Source of the DNA: Fimbriosthenelais zetlandica
Taxonomy: Eukaryota
NCBI GenBank assembly: GCA_977030845.1
Contig: OZ365112.1
Location: 12,958,001-13,022,000, forward strand
Direction of reading: 5' to 3'
Length of the DNA: 64,000 bases
The notes below the pieces were generated by a model that did no database searches, was not told where the DNA came from, and worked only from the letters and a program-made list of their open reading frames with translations. Within the stretch, counting starts at the first letter, position 1. Each line of letters starts with the position of its first letter. Shown here one piece after another: positions 51,601 through 64,000 of this stretch. The translations under genes were made by a program, and so were the position numbers.

Positions 51601-54600
51601 TACGTCTATCACACGCAGACGACATTTCGACTGCTATTTGGGCGCGTGCGGTTCTCCACTCCTACTCCTACCTCAAGTCTGTGTGCACCCTAGCGATATC
51701 GTTCCCAATTCACCAGCTTCCTTCCCTCTCCCCCATTCAGTACACAAATTCCTAGTTGATTAGTCCAAGCGAATTGCGGAAAAAATCCGACGAAAAGGAA
51801 AGTCAATTGAAATCAATTAGGAATAGGTTTCTCTGAGAGTAGCACACCTTTTGATGTAAGTGAAGCTATTAATGGTGATCTCCGTGGGAAGACGTTTAGT
51901 GAGTTTTTAAGGCGGCTGTGTGATGATAGCATGCGTCCTGTGTGCCTGGGGTTAGGCCCCACACTAACCAGTCTCCGACTAACAGCCTTTACTGAACGGC
52001 CATCTCTTGCTAGCAGCGCCATCCCCGCTACCGACAAGAGCGACCCCTCTTTTCGCACCATACAACAAGAGCAGCATGTGAGCCAGAAGACAAATCATTG
52101 TGCTCACCAGCTCCTACCGTATTAACAAGACACGAGGTCCGCTCATTTCTACACTTGTCATGAGGCAAAGAGAAGGGACCTGAACATCCCTATTCACTGC
52201 TCAAAGAGAATAAATTCAAACTGAACTCGTAGGTTGAATACCATGTTAAACATGTAATTTTGATGAGCAATTCAGTGTTCTGAGAAATGAAACTGGTACA
52301 GGTGCACATGTATACATGTTCACAACCACTACTCAGAAGTTACCTGAGCGATGGAAATGGAGGAGGGATAGGAAAGGGTGCATGAAATGGATTAGAGACC
52401 TTCCCACTGTGGATTACAGAAACGTGGGATTTAGCGAGCAGTATAATGGTAGATTAGGCGAATCTGGGTTTTAGGGACTGACTACACAGAGACATGTCCC
52501 TGAATATCATTGTAGTAGTGAGCTATTTCTCGGTCAGAATCTGACCCAATTTGATTTTTATCCCAATCACGTCTTCATTCATCTGTCCCTTAGCATGCCT
52601 TCCATGTCACCTAAATCCACCCAACCCTCCTGCGCCAGTTTCTAATGGCTTTTACGCCCGCAGTTCGTGCCTGCTTTAGTACGTGGAGACGGCTGTTTCA
52701 TGGGTAAATGTGATATTGAGATACATGGTCATACAGACATAAGATAGTGTAGGCTTACCCATGCTTCAAAGTGGTAACATCTAGGTTAGAAGTATTTCTG
52801 ATTTCTTATACATCATCATTTTGATATTCATAAAGGCAATGGCGAGGATTTCTGGGAGCATTCCAATACACCCCCAACCAAGCTCACATAGCTAAACTCC
52901 ATTGATCTTCCAGAAGTTGATCCCTCCCTCTGGATCCCCATGATCACCCATATGACCCTGCCTGCTCCTGGCATGACCTAGTGACCCTGACCTTGCCTTA
53001 TCCTTTCCGGCTATTGAAATTATCGACGTGTGTCCAATAAAACGCCAGCTTCCGTCTATAGGGCACTACTGTTTGCAAGCAATTTGATCTGAATTGCAAC
53101 ATGAATGCCGGAAGGAGGTGGTATTTTGTTCCTTCACAAACTCTGATATCAATTTCCCCTATTGCCAGAATGATTTTCATTTCCGTTCAAAACCTAGCCA
53201 ATTTTCTACGTATATGGCTTGGATTCAGGTATGTTTACACCTGAAGCATGCAAGGACCAACATATAGGTTACATGTAAGGATGAAGGATCCGCATGTGGC
53301 AGCCATTCAAATCCATGTTAGCTTAAAAGGTCGCCAAAATACCATTCTTAGGGTGGTGATCCCTCACCAGTACGTTTTCTAATCCCTATACCATTTAGCC
53401 TTAGGGCAAATAAATAGTACCTCCAGGCTATCTATCTCTCCCACCCCACCCTTCCAGAGAACCTTCGTCGCTCAAGTATTTTAGTGTGACAAGGACGGGA
53501 CCCCACTTTTGACAGAGCTGACCTCGCCCCTTTTACAAAATGCTGGATCTAGTGTAGGGCCTGTGTAGTAGGAAAGATCTACTGGAAGCTGATAGTGTAC
53601 AGGACAACATCCACTAACTGGCTTAACAGTGTAAGCACGTGTAAAGTCCTGACAAACAGGGATATTTTCTGTTCATCATGGAAAGTTAAATGGGTCTTCA
53701 CACTGCACATTGACTAGAATCCAGGACGCGAGTAAAGGATGTCAATGATGGATGGTGGTATTGAATGATGGATGTACTTTATAAAGGCAGAGAGGGCTTC
53801 AATAGAAAATGGTAACGACATGCAGACGACATGTGACAGAGGTGGAGAGTCGACCAGTGATACTGTTTAAAGGCAGTTCTAAACGATCGATCACACCATA
53901 TTCAGCTAATCTTAAGGTGATGGGAACCGTGGAGAAACTGAACTTGAAATGCCGGCATCATAGATGTAGCCATGGGTAGAAATATGAAAGATGCCTGGAG
54001 AATCGTGTGAGAAGTCTAAAGGCAAGCATTTAAAAGCCTCCTATAATAAAATATATGTCTATTCAGCAAAATAGATGCCAGGGTCATTCTGACAAGATGA
54101 TAGCCAGGGATAGCTGGACACAAAGAACAAGCCACTGAGGCAGACAGACCCTTAGCAGTTTCAGAAGAGTTAACTGGTCCCTATCTGAGGACTTTCTTGT
54201 GTAGGGAATGTTTTGGTCGCTATGTAGTCCCATGAGGGGAAAAAAAAGGAATGTGTAGTCAGATGTTCTTTGCTTAGCCCTGACTTTGCTAAAAGTCCAC
54301 TGTAGTGACGGTCAATTTGGAATAGACATTCTACAGATTTGTATTTTTTTCTATTATAATTAACATGGGCAGGATGTCTTTCAGGAACAGGATGGGCTCA
54401 AAAATTTATATTTGCAGCAGTTACGCTGCGGGTTCTAGTTTTTAGTTTAAATGGATGGGTGACATCTGAACATCCCAGGTCTCTTCCTGATTGCTCTAAC
54501 TATTCATCACTTTCAAGAGCTGTCCTCCATTCTAGGTCCGGATAAAGGTCATTACCCAGAGAGAAGGCTATGATAACAGGAGGTATTGGGTAAAGAGCCA

Positions 54601-55220
54601 TACCTATTATATGACCCTATTATTTTCATCACTCACTTCTCTCCTCCATTGTTAAGCTGTCAGTCCCCTTTCTGCTTTCCATAGACTACTTTTCCGATAA
54701 CGGGAAATAGTCATGCGGATTTCCCAGTTTATGAAATAAAGAGGATATTGTCAGAATATTTGCATCATATATCTACTAACAAGATAAATGGACCTGTTAA
54801 CTTAATATATCAGTCCTCTTCTTTTCAAGAAGCCTTTTAGAATGGATTTCTTGAGCACCATTATTCAGTTATGGCATAATTTATGACATAATGGTGTTTA
54901 AATTCTGTGGGATTCTGTACGTTATATAGGAGACAGAGGTAATCTCCGCGACAGTGTCATGAACGCACACACAGTGGAGAATAAATCTAAACAAAGGATG
55001 AATATACACAATGGGCAAAGGAGATGTCAGGTAGTATTGCATGTGCCTGTGGACACCCCCCACATGTGTCATTTTCTATAAAATCACATTTTACTTTGCA
55101 TGCACATAAACAGGTAGCTATTGCATTCCCTTTTCACACTAGAGTATGTTATTTGAACGAATATGTTGCATATCCTTTGTATCAAGTGAAAAGTTTTCTT
55201 AAATTTCAGACCAGCACTTT

Positions 55221-55425
55221 ACTACTCACACCATACCAGCATCAATGGCCACTTTACACACACTACTCACACCAGACCAGCATCCTTGGCCACTTTACAC
55301 ACACTACTCACACCAGACCAGCATCCTTGGCCACTTTACAAACACTACTCACACCATAACAGCATCAATGGCCACTTTACACACACTACTCACACCATAC
55401 CAGCATCATTGGCCACTTTAAACAC
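55221..55425 (+). repeat. 41-bp minisatellite, 5 copies
   Basis: Unit actactcacaccataccagcatcaatggccactttacacac starts at 55221, 55262, 55303, 55344 and 55385, head to tail with a few substitutions. Confidence 0.92.
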
Positions 55426-58400
55426 TAGGTATATTCCATATAGATTCTATTGGGGTTTTGGGTACTGATCATTACGGAAAATATCATGGGGGTGGTGGCA
55501 AGTTTATCAGTTAAATCGATGGACAAAACGAGGGAAAAGAGATCTCTCTAGGATTCAAAGAAAGTAGGAACGGTCACGCTATAGTATGAAACCTTTACGA
55601 CCCCTACAGGAAGTTAAAACAGGCACACCCTGAAAACAGGCAGCGACACTAAGGAATAATGATTTAAATTATCCCGGATTTTCAATGAAGGTTGCAATAA
55701 TATTTTTGCCGGCAAAACAAAGCATGCAACAGCAGATCAATTTGTAACTCTCAAAAAAAGGGTATTCAGCCGTAAAAACCAATTCAAATAAGAATGCGGT
55801 TTGTACATAGGTTCCCTATTAAGAGTCGATGCCTTTGGAAATACATACACATAGTAGTCTGTGGCATGTCTCTATTATGCTAAACCAATGTCTCGCTGCT
55901 GAGAAGGGAACATTTTTCATTTCCTATACACGCAGTGTCTTAGTGCATGCATTCATGGCAGGCTTACATGTTGGGACATACGGCTGTTATAGATTCTTTG
56001 TCACACGACAGGATATTAGTTCACCTGTAAATGAACTGGTTATAAATAACCTGGACCATAACGATAATGTGATGGGACAGATTTCAATCAAAATCTTGTA
56101 AAATGAAATTTCAGTCCTCATCTGATCCAGATCTTTATCTGCTGGAATTAATACCTGACAATGATTGACTAAATGGAACCATTTCCATTCCAACCATTCC
56201 AGGCGATTTAATGTTAATAACTTTTGACTACGATTACCTTGCCCTCCATATTTTTTCTGAGCATCAGGAATCAAAATGTAATTCCTCATTAAATAACGGA
56301 GCAGCTAGCCCATCCAGCAATTAACATCTTGTACTTTTGACCTTTGTACCAATCATTCTGGGTTCTCCCATGAGAGAGATCCCAATCATCCAGGGACAGG
56401 GTAGTCTCAGGTCGTAACTATATAGCCTATATTCACAGAGTGGCAAGCATCCCTATCAAGGTAAATGACTCTGACTATGCAGCCCTGCAGGTTAATACCT
56501 GTCAAATTTCCATTCATGGTTCTTGTATTCATGGTTATTGACCCCCCTTTGTCAGGAAATGAACTGAAATTATGACATGTGTGATGAAGGCCATGATTAC
56601 TCGGAAAACATAAATTGACAGCAGGTATAGTATTTGCTGTCAAGTTAAGTAGACTATGTGTAATGAAAAGGAAGCTACATAACAAGATGACAGTCAATGT
56701 CAGGGCCTGGTCAACAAGTCAGGAATATTACTGAAAGTACTGAGGTTAAATCCAAATAATTCTGGGGAAAAGCATAGCACACAACAGCTATAGCTTGTCA
56801 GTAGGCAATCTCCTTCTATACATGTTGACTCATTACCACGTTACCCATTAGCCTGCTAATTATCTGTGTACAATGACAATGTATCAGGATCACTAACATG
56901 CAGATCTATAATAGTTCCATAATCAGGAAAAAAGTAGGGCCTGTGTTTGGATACAAATCCTAATAATAATCATCATCGACGGCGCTATGTCGTTATATAG
57001 CTTCTGTCAAAATGGATATTGATCACATAGCCCTAGCTGTGATTACAGGAGGAAGGTAGTGTTCATTACATTACACATTGGACACATTATATACAACGGA
57101 CAATGAACTTTCTTAAATACAAAATACAGTCCGAACTAATGATGTAATACAAGCGTACAGTGTGAATGACCTATACAGATAGATGAGTGCATGTATAGAT
57201 TAATTGATAGAGGGATGATTAATTATAGCGGCAAGATCAATGTATAGATTAAGTGCAAGCTTAATTCTCACCCAACCACTATAATTTATCATCCAGCATC
57301 CTTTTACTAGGTCAAGAGTGTCTGTTGATTAATGGATTCAGCAAACTAGAATAGGTGGAAAAAATAAAATAAACTTTTAATTTACAGCTTCAATTGTCCA
57401 GACACTTTTCTTTGACAGATTGCCATGCATTGCAGATCAATGCCACTTCTTACTCTAACATTAAAGCTGCTCTCAGAAGCCTTCTAATGACGAGTAATTG
57501 TGATCTCAAGAATTCTGCTAATTATCCATCATTGCTCCCCTCCTGTCATTGTTATTTCTGGAAGCTTCCTTCACTTTTTACAAAAGACGGATCTTGAGCC
57601 ATCGCGGCTTAAGTAGTTGACAGAAATAGATGGGACAGTTTAGAATGGCATCATTACAACAAATAGAGGAGGGACAGTCCCCTGCCTAAGTGGTCCTTCT
57701 ATAATCTCTAATCCTTATTTATTCCTATTAAGGACTAATTGTATTTTCCCCAAATGTTATAAAATTAAGCTTCAGTTATACCGAAAGGGGAGGATATAGA
57801 ACTTTGAACTGAACATGAGTATGACCACTTCATTTTTTAAAGCAACATGGAAAGTTCTGAGACTACTCGTAATTATTTTACTTTCAAATCCACTAAGCTG
57901 TGGGGGATATAGTCGTCAGTTTCGTGTTTCAAGTCATCAATTTTGTGGTAAACTAGTTGAGACAGGGGAAAATTATATAGAGAGGTGAGCAGATGCCACA
58001 ACTTAACATAATGCACTCCAAACCTTGGCTTCTATAGCCTTGGGGGAAAGGGAAGTAAGTAATTCTAATCATTAGAAGAAATTTGTGAAAAGTTGTGGTA
58101 CCATATATTAGAAAGAAAGGTAAACTGGTGCAGGAAGAAAAAGGTTGTTATTCTCTCAACGCTTTCAGTGTTGTTGTACATTCTGTATGCACAGGCTCTT
58201 GGCTGATTAATTTGACAGGGGGTCGCCTACTGTGGTGTGGATTTCATCGTTCATAAAGTCAGATTCTATCTCCCTGCCCAACAGATTCGATGTGTGGTAG
58301 ATTAGATTTAGGCTCGGTTGAACATTCAATTAATAACAAGAATAGGGAGGCGTCCTCTCTCTCCTTCATGGATTATTGTTTTGGAGATTCCATATCTGGT

Positions 58401-59262
58401 ACTCTCCTCAATAATGGCAGGATAAATAATGCTTCCAAACCTTGTCCATAACCACCTTTCATGCAATAATCTGACCCTTTGTCAATCTATCTCATTCCGT
58501 CCACTTTATAGATTACGTACAGAACGAATAGCAAATATTATTCATACTGCCTTCATCCCCAAATACTAGGGGTGAGAGAGAGGCAGAGACAGAGAGAGGC
58601 AGACAGACAACCCCCGCCAGCATCCCCGCCAGACAGACAGAGAAATTAGCTATTATACATCCTTTCTGTTGCATTCATTTAGTAAGTGGAACATTTCTGG
58701 TAAAATATGGTTAAAATGACTACTGGCCAATATAGATGCAAGACCAGATTAATATTTCAAATAACAAAATACTTAATTGTAATATTGGTATAGATTGATT
58801 TACCTTAACAACAGATCTAGATATATGGTCCATGTGCCTCTGACATCTGCTTTCTGCAAGCGATAGTGGTCACTAAATTGGGGCTAAAAGCTTACTATAT
58901 GTTGAGAAAATCACAGGAATATATCACATAATATTTTAAACTTATAGCAGTTCAGATTTCATATATACAAGTTCCATTAAGGATGCTGGAATCTTTTTTA
59001 TACACGAACGATTTAAGAATCATGAATATCTGTCCTTGTACATTCAACTCTCTTTTTTTAATTTTAATTTATTTTAAATACAAAATGGCCAAAACAGTAA
59101 TAATAAGCACAATGTACAAAATATCTACCAAGGATACACAATATTAATGACCCACGCAGTGCCAACACACAAATCTTCTGCAATAGACGGTCCCCTTGTG
59201 AAAATGGCTATAATTGCTGTATGGAAATAAATACAGAGACAAGTCTGGAAAAATAACCAATT

Positions 59263-59708
59263 TTACGAATCCACTTCTAAAATGATCGCCTGATATGAAA
59301 TTTCAACAAATGACATTTTGAAGCATTCCTTAATTTCTCCGGTGTACATAATGATACATCCTCTTTCTTGCTCTTGAAAATTATTAAGATACTGACTTGA
59401 GAGTCTCAAAAGGTCAAACACCCTGAAGTCACTCAATGAATGAGACAGTCTGATATGAAATTCAGTAAATCGTGGTCCATTACACGGGATAAGTAATAGA
59501 AATTCTGCCCGGAGATTAACACATATATACAAAACCAATTCAAGAAATGTCATAGCACAAGTAAAACAAGGAGGATACTTCAATAATTCCTGGAAACTTT
59601 TAAGGATCAGCACCTTCTCTTCCAACAGTGCTGAGCATATTTCACCTTTCCTTATGGTGTTAAAAATGGTTCTCAGCGAAGGACCTTGCTTCCTGAAGGC
59701 GAGTACGT
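59263..59708 (-). CDS. Candidate terminal coding exon of an unidentified gene
   Basis: Acceptor ttttacattgcAG at 59709, then about 148 open codons (VLAFRKQGPSLRTIFNTIRKGEICSALLEEKV...ILEVDS*). Minus-strand AATAAA near 59070. An alternative internal donor AAG|GTGAAA at 59646 would give a 63-bp exon. No family recognised. Confidence 0.35.
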
Positions 59709-62700
59709 CTGCAATGTAAAAATAAGGTCAATATTAGAAAACTTTGAAGACAAATTTGATTATGAAGACTTTAGATTCCCATATTAACTTCTACAATAAA
59801 TAAAATATACATAATTAATTAATTGTTATAATTCTAATAATTAATTCTCATATTGCAAAAAAAAGAAAGAAAATCCAATACTACCTACTGAATAGAAACT
59901 TATATGGCAATATGGCAGCCTTAAATTTAGAAATGAAAGTGTCATTGATTTAAGTGATTTAACTGATGACAGGCTTTTCGCCTCATTTTAACACCAAGAA
60001 GGACCTGTAGACATTCTTAAGCAAGTCTCAAGCAAAGGAAATAGGAAACAAAACTAGGCTGAAAATGTTCGAAAGACAATGGGGAAAATACAACAAATAC
60101 AACAAGTCTTTGAAATCGGTTACTGCACGTCATCTCCCAATCATTGAGGCATCCATTATAATTTGTTCAATGATAATAATATTTTTTAAGCTGCCTGAAT
60201 TTGTTGCAGCAATCATGCCTCGTGGAGTGGCTGCAAATGGCAAGTCATTGATTCTAACTGCCCTTGACTGTTATTGAAATTCACCTTGGAAAGCCTGAAG
60301 ACATTGCAAGCACCCAGACTGTACACAATTAACGACTGTGGGGTGGATGACAAAGTGCCAGGTCCAAGCGCCAAGGCAAGGGAGCGATCTTCTCCCTGTT
60401 TTATGCCAGGCTCAAAGTTATCAAATCAGAAAGTTCCCCATGAAGAAACAGCCCACAAATCAACCAACTTACTTTTTTCGCCAACCTGACCTCCAAAAAA
60501 TCAGATCAAACAAGCAATTTAAGCATGGGAAATGTGATTTTCTCTTGCTCTACCTTCAGCAAGGAATCAATCAGTGGAAATGACGCTGATGGGCTTGGTT
60601 TATTCACTATTTTTGGTCATATTTTAAGACTCGTTTCATCGAATGTGTTGACTGAGGAAATGTAATTACCCCCTGTCAGTTCACGCTGTCTGCCTATTCC
60701 AAGAGAAGTCCATGAAACTCGGCATAAAGATAATCAGAAACGGGAGAAAAGAACTAGAAAAGACCGCTTGTGAATATTCAATGGCAATCGGAATTCAGTT
60801 GCAGAACCATTAGGACTAAGAGCAAATTTGAATAGTGATTTGGCTGGCAAGCACAATTTTTAAAGACATTGCTGTGAGTCATTTTCATTTATTTTGCGGC
60901 TATTGTCAAACTCATAATGCTCATAATAAACTAAGAAGGGTATTGGATTTCCCACTTGCAATTTGAAATTTGATTATTTCAATGAAACAAACATAGGCAG
61001 GAAGAATAAATCCATATCAAAATAACTGTGGTGTCAATGTATTTAACTCTATTTGGGAAATTAAAGTTTCATTATATGGATTGCATATGGTGCATGTTTT
61101 AGTTTAACTAATGGATCACATCCCTGGGTGATTATTTTCATGTGCCTGACCTTCAGTTTGCTTTTTCACACAACTGTTCCCAAAAATACAGATTTATGGG
61201 GTGTCTGAAAATAACTGTTTGAGTAAATTTACTCGGGGAACCTGAAGGCATTTGTCATATCGCTATGAATAATTCATCAGTGAAACTGGGTGGAAAATTG
61301 TTTGTGGAAATAACTCTTTTTTATTTCAAGAGAGCAATAAAGTAGGTACAATTCAACCGATATCGACATAATTTTAAATGGTTGTTTCTGTTCATTAGGC
61401 TAATTGGTCAGACTCGGCAATGCTTTTCCATTAACTTGATTCTCCCAAATACAGAAAAGCAAAATAATAAGGATGTTAGCCTGTTAAAACCATAGATCTA
61501 TTGGTTATAGATACGATAGTGTATCATAATAATTTGCTCTGGATTGTCATTTCTTCAGGCGAATAACCTCATTTTGCAAATAATGTTGCCTCATTTTGCA
61601 TAATCACAGTCGCCTAAAATCACTGCAATACAGCGCCAATGGGAAAACAGATACAACCACAGATTGAACGAAAAATTCCCTCTTTTCAGCTGACAAAAGT
61701 GCTTTCACATACTGAAACACATTGCTAAAACACACTGCAGCCTGACACTCTCAGCCACCTTCATCCTCTCACAGGCCACATGTAAGTTAGACGATGGAGC
61801 GCTATTGTAAACTACGTCTGCTTTAACCATGATGCCCTGATGACGGCTCCCATCACAGGGAATTAGAGTTAGAGGGAGGCAATATGAAGCCCTGAAGGCT
61901 GCCTTCTCACACTGCCCTGTGCTTATTAAAGGTATTGCTTACAAGAGCTGATCAACTCTTCTCAGGCTCTCTATACCTGACTCTAATAAGTCCGGCCTAG
62001 TATACGTCAAAGCTGTGAGGCTGAAGGCAACAGGATGATGTGCTTGCTTCCCATGTCATAGATATAGGAAACCGCAGGGGGTCAGATTTCATTATCAGAG
62101 GAGGACTGTCAATATATGTAATAAATCCATGCTTTTCTTGCAAAGCGAGGATATAATACATGTTGTTTATGACGTGTTATTGCAATTTTCATATAATCCC
62201 AAATGAGAAAAACGTGAGTTACAAATAAATAAATCCATTATACTTCAACATACTTCGATTCATTTTAGGAGGTATCATCTCCAATATGGCACGTATAAAG
62301 TGACTTTGGGGTGTAAATAATGGGAATTATCTGACATCAATATGGGGTAGTGATATGTGTCAGCGTGTAACTATCCGTAAAGACTCGACTTTAGCCACAG
62401 TGATGAGCGCCGTATTAAATACCTCCGATGGGAGATAACAGTGTAATAGACTTGATCTTCTGAAACACTATAGATAGGGAGCCTCTTGAGACCCACTCAA
62501 CCAGCCCGGCCTTCTCCAGTCATCAGTTCTCAGGCTCATAGCAAGAGGCATAGAACATACATCAGGCGGGACCCTGGAGGTGGATTAATAATGATTATAT
62601 AAAGCTCAGCTGGGATAGGCCTTCAGTCGCAATCATTCCGCCTCACCATGATTGAATAAAATTGCTTTGCACAATATTTGCCATCTGCAACAGTGGCTTG

Positions 62701-63257
62701 CTGTGTGGCTCTATGTGATTAGGAAAATTAAATGTCCATGGTTTACTGTTAGGTTTTTGGTGAGGAACATATTAGACCAGTACATTATAACTTGGTTAAT
62801 TATTTAGGTTCATTGCTCACTGCATACATTCCCATGGTGCGGGTAGCAGGGGTATCATACATCCTATTTTCTCATTGATCATTTTGTTTTGATATTACAC
62901 GCAAGGTAGGCAGACTCCGGATGGACTTATGTTGGTGAAAATGAACTGTTACCTATGTGAATAGTGTAGTGGTGACTTGTATGATTTGGTGGAAAGTGTG
63001 ATCTACAGAAAATATGTTGTCTGAAGCCAGTGAAGAGCTTTGTAATGTAAGGTAACATCTGCTAATTACAGAGACCTTATAAGAGCTACAGTCAACCAGG
63101 AGGGAAGCCAAACAATGCACCTAACCAATCCAAACCCCAGCCAAGCACACACTGATTATGAATCCATTCTACGCCAATCAACTAGCGGTAGATACAACTT
63201 TATACATACATAAAATGGAAAACAAATGTGCAGAATGGAGGCATAGGAAGGAGAAAA

Positions 63258-63539
63258 TCATCCATCTTCCAATTTGATACTCAGGCCGTAATATAAGATC
63301 ATATAATTGTAAAATTGAATCTTATAGGTCCTATTTTCCAATATGTACGGCTTAGCTATTATAGGTATAGTATAGCTATGGTGTGATTTAATGATATCCG
63401 TGGGGTGTGCAGCCTCCTTTGCTGAGGGTAGAGTCAGATCAAGGTGATTTCTATACATCATTCCTTTAGCCTCATCACCAAACCGTAATGAGTAGAGGAA
63501 AAAAGGTTTGGATAATTCCTTAACAAGCTCTTCCTTCAT
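63258..63539 (-). CDS. Orphan ORF, possible exon of an unidentified gene
   Basis: 93-aa ORF (MKEELVKELSKPFFLYSLRFGDEAKGMMYRNHLD...) whose frame stays open about 19 codons further upstream, near candidate AG acceptors. Composition is protein-like, but no family was recognised. Confidence 0.2.
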   Translation of the reverse strand: MKEELVKELSKPFFLYSLRFGDEAKGMMYRNHLDLTLPSAKEAAHPTDIIKSHHSYTIPIIAKPYILENRTYKIQFYNYMILYYGLSIKLEDG

Positions 63540-64000
63540 TCCTGCTCCATATAGGACAATGATGTCAGTAATGGAACGAGAGAAAAAACAACCTGCTTAT
63601 GCTCCCAACTGGATTTGTTCATTACATTTTTCCTCTCCAAAGCACACTTCTCGAGGTGTAAAATTATATAAACCACATGCAGTTCAAGCCGAGGTTTAAT
63701 CCTTTGTGCTTTAATACATCCGAGGCATATACAATCTATATTTTATAAATCTCAATTTCAAAGTGAATCACAATTAACTATTTATCTGCACAATGTATAC
63801 TAATTAGTTGTATATACAGTATACATGTTTGTACATGTATACCTGGTCTTTCAGGTGGTGAAACCCGATTATTCAACCAGGTGCATGGGTTCTCTCACAT
63901 CATATCAATTTTACACCAAGCTAATTTTTATACATGGTGAGCATGTGTATTTTATATGGTAATGTTCCAACAGGTGGAATAACATACTGAGAGAAATACA

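Noticed and set aside
55221-55425. CRISPR-like array
   Set aside because: Units are head-to-tail with no unique spacers, there are no cas genes, and the context is eukaryotic; it is a minisatellite.
55829-56697. Cluster of 90-100-aa ORFs
   Set aside because: No family resemblance or phase-compatible splice chain; within chance expectation.

Overview
AT-rich, intron-rich animal genomic DNA, probably a marine invertebrate bilaterian (taxon is inference only). It is not prokaryotic. Five protein-coding genes were rebuilt by hand from splice sites. (1) A minus-strand GPI-anchored Ly6/uPAR (LYPD6-like) gene with Ser/Thr-rich exons and possibly several alternative signal-peptide entries (1226-3895). 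(2) IFT140, minus strand, 29 coding exons, about 1499 aa. (3) DECR2, plus strand, head-to-head with IFT140, ending in the PTS1 variant SKM. (4) CPSF4/CPSF30, minus strand, with 5 CCCH fingers, 2 zinc knuckles and a His-rich linker. (5) A RASD/Di-Ras-like small GTPase, minus strand, whose probable first exon lies about 17.5 kb upstream. There is also a tRNA-Ser(GCT) with an acceptor-stem mismatch, a 41-bp minisatellite, a (TA)n tract, an N gap and two orphan minus-strand ORFs near the right end. No transposase, reverse transcriptase or CRISPR array was found, and I cannot claim a proven new system. The best leads are: the modular mucin-LU gene under an X-box/CRE/CCAAT promoter; a perfect RFX X-box just after the IFT140 stop; and strongly over-represented TA-flanked palindromes (TAGGCCTA, TACATGTA, one perfect 38-bp TA-GG...CC-TA palindrome) that may be DNA-transposon excision footprints.
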